A stretch of DNA of 64,000 bases from an uncultured Pelagibacteraceae bacterium (GTDB lineage Bacteria > Pseudomonadota > Alphaproteobacteria > Pelagibacterales > Pelagibacteraceae), in assembly GCA_902570125.1 (NCBI GenBank), contig CACFXK010000002.1, forward strand, positions 18,380 to 82,379, given 5' to 3'. The notes under the pieces were generated by a model. The model ran no database searches. It had not been told where the DNA came from and saw nothing but the letters and a program-made list of their open reading frames with translations. Of this stretch, positions 1 to 7,890 are shown in pieces. The translations under genes were made by a program, and so were the position numbers. Each line of letters begins with the position of its first letter. Within the stretch, counting starts at the first letter, position 1.

Positions 1-741
1 ATCTAAGACTGGACTAGGAGTTTCTTCTATTAGCTTTTGATGTCTTCGCTGAACAGAACAATCTCTTTCATGTAAATGAACAGTTCTATTTTTGCCAGAT
101 AAAACTTGTACTTCAATATGTCTTGGATTTTGAAAAAATTTTTCAATATAAACCTCATCATTTCCAAAAAATTTTTTAGCCTCTTGCTTTGCTGTTAAAA
201 ATAAAGTTTCAAAATCTTCTAACCTAGTAACGATTTTCATTCCTTTTCCACCACCACCACCAGATGCTTTAATTAAAACTGGAAAACCTATCTTTTGACA
301 TATTTTTTTTGCTTCATTAAAATCTTTAATACCACCTTCTGAACCTTCTATTACTGGAAGCCCGTATTCTTTAGCTACTTTTTTAGCTTCAATTTTGTCT
401 CCCATCATTTTTATTAACTTAGATGAAGGACCTATAAATTTTATATCATTTTCTTCTAATATTTTTGCAAACTCAAAATTTTCTGATAAAAAACCATAAC
501 CAGGATGTACAGCCTCAGCTCCTGTAAGTTCAATTGCTGACATAATAGCAGGAATATTTAAATAACTAAAGGTTGGTTGATGAGGACCTACGCAAATACT
601 TTCGTCAGCTAATCTAACATGCATACTCTCCCTATCAACATCTGAATGAATAGCTACAGTTGAAATACCCCATTCTTTACATGCTCTTATTATACGGACT
701 GCTATTTCACCTCTGTTAGCTATAAGTATTTTTTTAAACAT
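1..741 (-). CDS. accC: Acetyl-CoA carboxylase biotin carboxylase subunit (5' part; runs off window edge)
   Basis: Minus-strand ATG at 741 reads MFKKILIANRGEIAVRIIRACKEWGI..., with HPGYGFLSEN and KASGGGGGKGM; follows accB. Not in the ORF track because it is truncated. Confidence 0.97.
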   Translation of the reverse strand, partial: MFKKILIANRGEIAVRIIRACKEWGISTVAIHSDVDRESMHVRLADESICVGPHQPTFSYLNIPAIMSAIELTGAEAVHPGYGFLSENFEFAKILEENDIKFIGPSSKLIKMMGDKIEAKKVAKEYGLPVIEGSEGGIKDFNEAKKICQKIGFPVLIKASGGGGGKGMKIVTRLEDFETLFLTAKQEAKKFFGNDEVYIEKFFQNPRHIEVQVLSGKNRTVHLHERDCSVQRRHQKLIEETPSPVLD

Positions 742-745
742 TAAC

Positions 746-1168
746 TTAATCTATGGTCGCAATAGTCTGGCCAAACTCAACTGGTTGGCCGTCTTCAACA
801 TTAATTTCTTTTACAACTCCATCAAGTGGGCTTGGAACATGATTCATAGTTTTCATTGCTTCAACAATCATAACGGTATCACCTTTTTTAATTTTTTGAC
901 CTACCTCTATAAATTTTTTTCCTCCTGGTTCTGGAGCTAGGTAAGCAGTGCCTATTATAGGTGAAGTAATTTTTTTAGAGTTATCAATTGAAACTTCTTC
1001 TTTAATAATCTTTCTTTCAATATTAGGTGTTATGGTTTGTATATTTTTTGTTACTCTAGATTTTGAAACTTTTACTTTAATATCTTTTTCAGTATACTCA
1101 ATTTCTGTAAGATTAAATTCATCTAGATAGTCATTTAACTCTTTTATAATATTTTTATTAATTTTCAT
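746..1168 (-). CDS. accB: Biotin carboxyl carrier protein
   Basis: EAMKTMN biotinylation motif, VEDGQPVEFGQ; aroQ-accB-accC order. Confidence 0.97.
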   Translation of the reverse strand: MKINKNIIKELNDYLDEFNLTEIEYTEKDIKVKVSKSRVTKNIQTITPNIERKIIKEEVSIDNSKKITSPIIGTAYLAPEPGGKKFIEVGQKIKKGDTVMIVEAMKTMNHVPSPLDGVVKEINVEDGQPVEFGQTIATID

Positions 1169-1601
1169 TTTTTAAGATTTCTTGCATAGAATTTATGGCT
1201 AAAATATAGCCATTTATTCCCAATCCACATATTACACCTGTAACGACTGCACTAATAAGAGACTTATGCCTAAAATCCTCTCTTTTATAAATATTAGATA
1301 TATGAACTTCGATAATAGGTTTTTTGAAAATACTCAAAGCATCTCTTATAGCAACTGATGTATGGCTATATCCTGCTGCATTTATTATTATCCCATCATG
1401 AGTTTTTCGAGCATCTTGAATAATATTTACTATATCTCCCTCAATATTTGATTGTTTGATATCTATATCAATTTTTAAATCTTTTGCTCTATTTAAACAA
1501 ATTTCTTCTAAATATTTGTAGTCCTTGCTACCATATTGAGTTTGTTCTCTTTCACCTAATAGATTAAGGTTAGGACCATTAATTATTATTAATTTACTCA
1601 T
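1158..1601 (-). CDS. aroQ: Type II 3-dehydroquinate dehydratase
   Basis: INGPNLNLLGERE, IINAAGYSHTSVAIRDA, EVHISNIYKRE. Confidence 0.97.
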   Translation of the reverse strand: MSKLIIINGPNLNLLGEREQTQYGSKDYKYLEEICLNRAKDLKIDIDIKQSNIEGDIVNIIQDARKTHDGIIINAAGYSHTSVAIRDALSIFKKPIIEVHISNIYKREDFRHKSLISAVVTGVICGLGINGYILAINSMQEILKNEN

Positions 1602-1617
1602 TAAAACTTTATATTAT

Positions 1618-1836
1618 ATGAATAAAAAAAATAAAATAAAAATAGTAGTCAATGGTAAACTTTTGACTGTAAATATAAAATTTTCTTTAAAAAATCTTAT
1701 CGAAAAGTTAAAAACACCAATTAACAAAGTAGCAATAGAATTAAATGAAGAAATAGTTGATAAAAAAAAATTAAATAAAATTTATTTAAAAAATAAGGAC
1801 AAAATAGAAATTGTACATTTTATAGGTGGCGGGTAA
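1618..1836 (+). CDS. thiS: Thiamine biosynthesis sulfur carrier protein
   Basis: 72 aa ubiquitin-like protein ending IEIVHFIGGG; coupled to thiG by TAATG. Confidence 0.95.
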   Translation: MNKKNKIKIVVNGKLLTVNIKFSLKNLIEKLKTPINKVAIELNEEIVDKKKLNKIYLKNKDKIEIVHFIGGG

Positions 1837-2609
1837 TGAAATCAGATATTTTAAAAATTGCAAATAAGAAATTCAAGTCTAGACTTATAGTCGGCACTGG
1901 AAAATATAAAAATATGAAAGAGTGCGCTAAAGCAATTAAAATTTCAGGTGCCGAAATTGTAACAGTTGCTGTTAGAAGAGTTAACATATCAGATAAATCT
2001 AAACCAATATTAATGGATTATATAGATCCAAAAAAAATAATGTACTTGCCTAATACTGCTGGATGTTTTACTTCAAAAGATGCTTTAAGAACATTGAGAT
2101 TAGCAAGAGAAATAGGTGGATGGAAAATAGTAAAATTAGAAGTTTTAGGTGACAAAAAAAATTTATTTCCAGATATGATAGAAACTCTTAAATCAACTGA
2201 AATTTTAACTAAAGAAGGCTTTAAAGTAATGGTATATTGCAACGATGACCCGCTTATGTGTATGAGACTAGAAAATTCAGGTGCTTCTGCAATTATGCCA
2301 CTAGCTGCTCCAATTGGATCTGGTCTAGGAATTCAAAATAAAACTAATATAAAAATTTTAAGGCATCAAACAAAGGTGCCTTTGATAATTGATGCAGGAA
2401 TAGGGCAGGCATCGGATGCAGTTCAAGCGATGGAAATGGGGTGTGATGCAGTTTTAATTAACACAGCCATAGCCAAAGCGAAAAACCCATTTCAAATGGC
2501 AGAGTCTATGAAATATGCAATTATATCAGGAAGAAAATCATATCTTTCAGGCAGGATAAAGCCAAATTTACAGGGGGCGCCTTCTACTTCTAAAAAAGGA
2601 CTAATCTAA
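1836..2609 (+). CDS. thiG: Thiazole synthase
   Basis: SRLIVGTGKY, LPNTAGC, KLEV, MPLAAPIGSGLG, DAGIG. Confidence 0.97.
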   Translation: MKSDILKIANKKFKSRLIVGTGKYKNMKECAKAIKISGAEIVTVAVRRVNISDKSKPILMDYIDPKKIMYLPNTAGCFTSKDALRTLRLAREIGGWKIVKLEVLGDKKNLFPDMIETLKSTEILTKEGFKVMVYCNDDPLMCMRLENSGASAIMPLAAPIGSGLGIQNKTNIKILRHQTKVPLIIDAGIGQASDAVQAMEMGCDAVLINTAIAKAKNPFQMAESMKYAIISGRKSYLSGRIKPNLQGAPSTSKKGLI

Positions 2610-4370
2610 TTTCTTTTTTTTAAAAAATTTTTTTTTTATTTTTTTTCGTTTAAAATTCGATTTTTTCTCTTTTGGTGATTTTGAATTTTTTTCAATTTTT
2701 TCCTCAACATATTTAAGTAAATTTTCAAATTTTTCTACTTTTTCGATAACTTTTCCCGTTTTAGATTTAAACTCAATAGTATATTCTTGAAGGCTAAGAT
2801 TTTGATCAATTTCAAAATTTATTTTAATTTTATTTTTTTTCTTAAAATAGTTTAAATCTTCCTTGAATTGATCTTCAATAAATTTTTGTATTTTTTCGTT
2901 AATTTTTGCATTCACTATTTTTGAGTTTGTATCTAAAGTTTTTATTTCGATAAGTTTTATTATTTTTAATGCCAGTGTTTCATTTGTTAGCTTAATTGAC
3001 CATTTTATATTACTTTCCCTAAGTCTTTGCCTTGACATTTCTAATAATCCAAAATTACTAATTCTTCCTATCTGAATTCTAGCCCTATCATTTCTGCATC
3101 TCTCTTTTAATCTTCTCTCTACTTGTTTACGATTATTAAAACTAAGCATATCTATAAAGTCAATTATTATTAGACCTGATAAGTCTCTGATTTTAATTTG
3201 TCTTGCTATTTCTTCAGCTGCCTCGAGATTTGTATCAAGAGCTGTACTTTCTACATTTTTTTGTTTTATAGATTTACCCGAGTTAATATCTATAGAAACT
3301 AATGCTTCAGTTGGATTTATTACAAGATATCCTCCTGAACTAAGCTTAACCTCACTCTTAAAAATTTCAAAAAGTTTTTTTTCTATATTTTCTTTAAAAA
3401 AAAGAGGAATTTTTTCTCTAAATTTTTTTATTTTTTTTAATTGTTTTGGCATCATTAGCTTCATATAGTTTTTTGCTTTTTGATAACCTTCACTTCCTTC
3501 TATGATAATATTTTGAGTTTCGTCATCATACATATCTCTTATACATCTTTTTATAATATCACTTTCCTGATGTATGATTGCGGGAGCTATTGAATTTAAT
3601 GCACTATCTTTAATAGAATTCCATGTAGATATTAAACTACTTAAATCACCCTCTATTTCATTTTTAGTTTTGTTTGAACCTGCAGTTCTGACAATGATCC
3701 CCATTTCTTTTGGTATTTCAATTTCGTTTAAAATTTTTCTTATTTTTTTTCTATCTCCAGGGTTAAATATTTTTCTTGATATTCCTCCACCTTTGGCTGT
3801 ATTTGGCATTAATACTATATATTTTCCTGCAATACTTATAAATGTACTTAGGGCTGCACCTTTAAAACCTCTCTCATCTTTTAAAACTTGAACTAAAATT
3901 ACTTGATTTGGTTTTATTACTTCTTGTATTTTATATCTTTTAGATGGAAATTTTTTTTCATCTATTTTTTTTAAATTGTTGTCATCATCTAATTTTTCTA
4001 CTGGATCATTTAATTTAATTTCTTTATTTCCTTCTAAGATTTGATTTTCATTATTTTCACTTTCTTTAGAAAGTTCCTCTCTAACTTTTTCTTCTTCTTC
4101 TTTTATTTTTTCTAGGTCACTATGTGGAAGTTGATAATAATCAGACTGGATATCGTTAAAAGATAAAAACCCATGTCTCTCTCTCCCAAAATCAACAAAT
4201 GCTGCTTGGAGCGAGGGTTCTATTCTGCTTACTTTTCCTAAATAAATATTATTTTTAATTAATGTGTTGTTAATACTTTCATATTCATAGTCTTCAATAT
4301 GATTATCTTTTTTAAGAACAACCCTAGTTTCATTTGGATGCGATGCATCAATATATAAGTTTTTTGACAT
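2601..4370 (-). CDS. rne: Ribonuclease E/G family endoribonuclease (short form)
   Basis: NIYLGKVSRIEPSLQAAFVDFGRERHGFL, TEALVSIDINSG, RDLSGLIIIDFIDM, GLLEMSRQR. Confidence 0.95.
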   Translation of the reverse strand: MSKNLYIDASHPNETRVVLKKDNHIEDYEYESINNTLIKNNIYLGKVSRIEPSLQAAFVDFGRERHGFLSFNDIQSDYYQLPHSDLEKIKEEEEKVREELSKESENNENQILEGNKEIKLNDPVEKLDDDNNLKKIDEKKFPSKRYKIQEVIKPNQVILVQVLKDERGFKGAALSTFISIAGKYIVLMPNTAKGGGISRKIFNPGDRKKIRKILNEIEIPKEMGIIVRTAGSNKTKNEIEGDLSSLISTWNSIKDSALNSIAPAIIHQESDIIKRCIRDMYDDETQNIIIEGSEGYQKAKNYMKLMMPKQLKKIKKFREKIPLFFKENIEKKLFEIFKSEVKLSSGGYLVINPTEALVSIDINSGKSIKQKNVESTALDTNLEAAEEIARQIKIRDLSGLIIIDFIDMLSFNNRKQVERRLKERCRNDRARIQIGRISNFGLLEMSRQRLRESNIKWSIKLTNETLALKIIKLIEIKTLDTNSKIVNAKINEKIQKFIEDQFKEDLNYFKKKNKIKINFEIDQNLSLQEYTIEFKSKTGKVIEKVEKFENLLKYVEEKIEKNSKSPKEKKSNFKRKKIKKKFFKKKKLD

Positions 4371-4452
4371 AAAATTTGATTATTTTTCATTGGTTTAATT
4401 TTTAAATTCGGTGCCTTAACTTTAACAAATTCAAACAATAATTTAAACTAAA

Positions 4453-6792
4453 ATGAATAAATTCATAAAAAATCTTATATTAGTTCTCACTTTTTTTTTA
4501 TTGGTAAGTTTTATAACAATTTTTGCAATTCTCTGGTCGTACTCAAATAAATTACCAGATTACAAATTTTTGAAAAGTTATAAACCACCTGTATCAAGTA
4601 AAGTTTACTCAGGTAACGGAGTACTAATTAGTGATTTTTCAACCGAAAAAAGAATATTTGTTCCATATAATGCAATACCAAAAAAGATAATTTATTCATT
4701 TCTATCCTCAGAGGATAAAAATTTTTTTAAACATCCTGGAGTTGATGCTAAAGGGGTTTTAAGAGCAATTAAAAATAACATTTTTAATATAATTAATTCT
4801 AATAGGCTTGAAGGAGCTTCAACAATAACACAACAAGTAGCCAAAAACTTTCTTTTGTCCAATGAAGTAAGTTTAGACAGAAAAATAAAAGAGGCCATAT
4901 TGGCATTTAGAATTGAAAGAGCTTTGTCTAAAGAAAGAATATTAGAACTTTATCTTAACCAAATTTATTTAGGCGAGGGATCTTATGGTATAGCATCTGC
5001 AAGTTTGAGATATTTTGATAAGCCAATTGTTGATTTGAATTATTCTGAATCTGCTTTACTAGCCGCTTTACCTAAAGCCCCAAGTAAATACAATCCATAT
5101 AAAAATAAAGAATTAGCAACCTATAGAAGAAATTTGGTTATAAAAAACCTTTATGATAATTCATATATTTCTAAAAATAAATATGAGGAATTAATTAATT
5201 CACAAATCACTTTAAAAAAGAGAAAAAGAATTTACTTAGAAGATGCAAGATATTTTGTAGAAGATATTAGAAAAAAAGTAATTAAAGATTATGGATATGA
5301 TAAAGTCCACAAACAGGGCTTTAACATCAAAACACCAATTAATCTAGAGCTTCAAAACTTTGCTTCAGCTTCACTAAGAAAGGGATTATTAGAATATGAT
5401 AAAAGAAAAGGTTGGCGTGGACCATTAGATAATCGAAAAATTAAGGACTGGAATAAAAATTTAGATAATTTTATTTTAGAAAAAACTATTGACTGGCAAA
5501 TAGCTATTGTAAAAAGAATTGACAAGTTTGAAACTGTTATACAGACGGCAAATAATGAAAATGGAATTATAAGTTATGAAGATATTAATTGGACAAGAAA
5601 AAATTTTAAAGAAATTTTTAAAATAAATGATCTAATTTATGTAAAAAAAATTTCAGATGGGATTTATAGTTTAAGACAATTACCAAACGTTAATGGAGGA
5701 TTGGTTGCAATGGATCCTTACAGTGGGAGAGTTTTAGCTATGGCAGGAGGCTTTAGTTTTAAAAAAAGTGAATTTAATAGAGTTTCACAAGCAAAGAGGC
5801 AGCCTGGGTCTGCATTTAAACCATTTATTTACGCGTTGGCATTAGAAAATGATTATACACCTTCCTCATTAATTCTTGATGCTCCAATAGTATTAGACCA
5901 AGGAGAAGATCTCAAAATGTGGAAACCAGAAAATTATGGTAAAAAATTTTATGGTTTATCAACATTAAGAACTGGAGTAGAAAAATCTAGAAATCTAATG
6001 ACTGTTAGAATTTCACAAGATTTAGGAATAGATAAAATTATTAACTTTTCCAAAAAACTTAATATTTATGAAAACCCAGATGAATTAATGTCAGTATCTT
6101 TAGGATCAGCTGAAACTACACTATTAAATATTACTAGTGCTTATTGCTCATTTGTAAATGGAGGAAAATTAGTTACTCCAATTATAATCGATAGAATCCA
6201 AGATAGCCAAGGTAATACAATTTTTAACAATGAAAAAAGGTTTTGTGTTAATTGTGATGAAATATCATTTTATGGTAATAATGTACCGGTAGTAAAAAGT
6301 AATTTTAAACAAATATTTTCACCGCAAACTGCATATCAAATTACCTCTATTTTAGAAGGTGTAATTCAAAGAGGCACTGGAAAGAAACTGAGAGAATTAA
6401 ATTTACAATTGGCTGGAAAAACAGGTACAACTAATAATAATACTGACACATGGTTTATCGGATATACTTCAAACCTGGTTGTTGGAGTTTATGTAGGGCA
6501 TGATAATCCTAAAAAATTAGGAAAATATGAAACAGGGTCTAAAACTGCTTTACCAATCTTCAAAGATTTTATTAAAAGGTCAGTTAATAATTTTGAAGCG
6601 AGACCATTTAAAATTGCAGAAGGTATCAAAATGATGGTTATTGATGCAGATACAGGAAAAAAAGCAGATTTTGGATCAAAAAAAACTATCATTGAATCCT
6701 ATAAAAAAGAAAAAATTGAAAAATACGAATTTAGTAGTAAAGATAAGTATAATTTTAATAAATTAACAAATAATATTTTAAAATTTTATTAA
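4453..6792 (+). CDS. mrcA: Penicillin-binding protein 1A (class A PBP)
   Basis: N-terminal TM; EDKNFFKHPGVD, GASTITQQVAKN; transpeptidase SAFK, SRN, KTG. Confidence 0.95.
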   Translation: MNKFIKNLILVLTFFLLVSFITIFAILWSYSNKLPDYKFLKSYKPPVSSKVYSGNGVLISDFSTEKRIFVPYNAIPKKIIYSFLSSEDKNFFKHPGVDAKGVLRAIKNNIFNIINSNRLEGASTITQQVAKNFLLSNEVSLDRKIKEAILAFRIERALSKERILELYLNQIYLGEGSYGIASASLRYFDKPIVDLNYSESALLAALPKAPSKYNPYKNKELATYRRNLVIKNLYDNSYISKNKYEELINSQITLKKRKRIYLEDARYFVEDIRKKVIKDYGYDKVHKQGFNIKTPINLELQNFASASLRKGLLEYDKRKGWRGPLDNRKIKDWNKNLDNFILEKTIDWQIAIVKRIDKFETVIQTANNENGIISYEDINWTRKNFKEIFKINDLIYVKKISDGIYSLRQLPNVNGGLVAMDPYSGRVLAMAGGFSFKKSEFNRVSQAKRQPGSAFKPFIYALALENDYTPSSLILDAPIVLDQGEDLKMWKPENYGKKFYGLSTLRTGVEKSRNLMTVRISQDLGIDKIINFSKKLNIYENPDELMSVSLGSAETTLLNITSAYCSFVNGGKLVTPIIIDRIQDSQGNTIFNNEKRFCVNCDEISFYGNNVPVVKSNFKQIFSPQTAYQITSILEGVIQRGTGKKLRELNLQLAGKTGTTNNNTDTWFIGYTSNLVVGVYVGHDNPKKLGKYETGSKTALPIFKDFIKRSVNNFEARPFKIAEGIKMMVIDADTGKKADFGSKKTIIESYKKEKIEKYEFSSKDKYNFNKLTNNILKFY

Positions 6793-7890
6793 TGGAACAA
6801 GAAGTCGAAAAATTTAGATCTGAAGTTGTTAAAATTAATCAAAGAATTAAGGAGTTTCTTTGAAAAACAAAATATCCAATCGAAAAGAAATAAACTTAAT
6901 ACTCTAATTGAAGACCCAAAATTTTGGGAAAATAAAAAACAAGCTGAAAAAATATTAAAAGAAAAAAAAAGCTACGATAATTTGTTAGAATCTCATAGTC
7001 GGTCAGAACAAGAGATTAATGAATTATATGATATTTTTCAATTAGCATATGAAGAAAATGATAAACAACTTTTAAAGGAAACTTTAGATAAGTTTATTAA
7101 TTTAAAAAAAAATTTTAAAAAATTAGAAATCAAATGCTTTCTTTCAAATGAAAACGATACTTTAGATTGTTATTTAGAATTTCACGCAGGTGCAGGGGGA
7201 ACAGAAAGTCAAGATTGGGCTCAGATGCTTAGACGAATGTATATGAAGTGGGCTTCTGATCGAGGTCACAAAGTAGAATTAATTAGTGAACATAAAGGTG
7301 ATGAAGCAGGAATAAAATCTTCTGTTATTAAAATTTCTGGGGAATATACGTATGGTTTTTTAAAATCAGAGTCAGGAATACATCGTTTGGTGAGAATTTC
7401 ACCTTTTGATTCAGGTGCAAGAAGACATACAAGTTTCGCAAGTGTATGGGTGTATCCAGTAATAAGTGAGGATATAGATATAGAAATATTAGAAAAAGAC
7501 CTTAGAATTGATACTTATAGGTCAAGTGGAGCAGGTGGACAACATGTTAACACAACCGATAGCGCTGTAAGGGTTACACATATACCCAGTAAAATTGTTG
7601 TCCAATGTCAAAATGAGAGATCTCAACACAAGAATAAAGAAACTTGTATGAACATGCTTAAAGCAAGACTTTATGAGCATGAACTTCAAAAAAGAAAAAA
7701 AGAAAGTGATAATATTGAAAGTTTAAAGTCGGATATAGGCTGGGGACATCAAATAAGGTCGTACGTTTTACACCCTTATCGAATGGTAAAAGATAATAGA
7801 ACTAATTATGAAAATTCTAATCCAGACAAAGTATTAGATGGTGAAATTGATGAATTTTTGGAGAACTCTTTATATAAAATAAATGCCTAA
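6792..7890 (+). CDS. prfB: Peptide chain release factor 2, translated via a +1 programmed frameshift (about 365 aa)
   Basis: GGQ and SPF motifs. True start is ATG 6792 (overlaps mrcA stop); frame 0 reads MEQEVEKFRSEVVKINQRIKEFL then CTT TGA at 6858-6863, and the rest is in the +1 frame. Confidence 0.95.
6849..6864 (+). other. RF2 programmed +1 ribosomal frameshift site
   Basis: AAGGAG-TTT-CTT-TGA-A: internal SD 3 nt upstream of the CTT TGA slippery site, the same geometry as E. coli prfB. Confidence 0.93.

Noticed and set aside
2605-2700. Long poly-T/poly-A tracts (here and e.g. near 12605) as phase-variation sites
   Set aside because: They encode Lys/Phe runs in intact frames and are expected at this AT content.
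6792-7890. prfB as a pseudogene or sequencing error, or starting at TTG 6826
   Set aside because: The break is exactly the canonical SD + CTT TGA recoding cassette.
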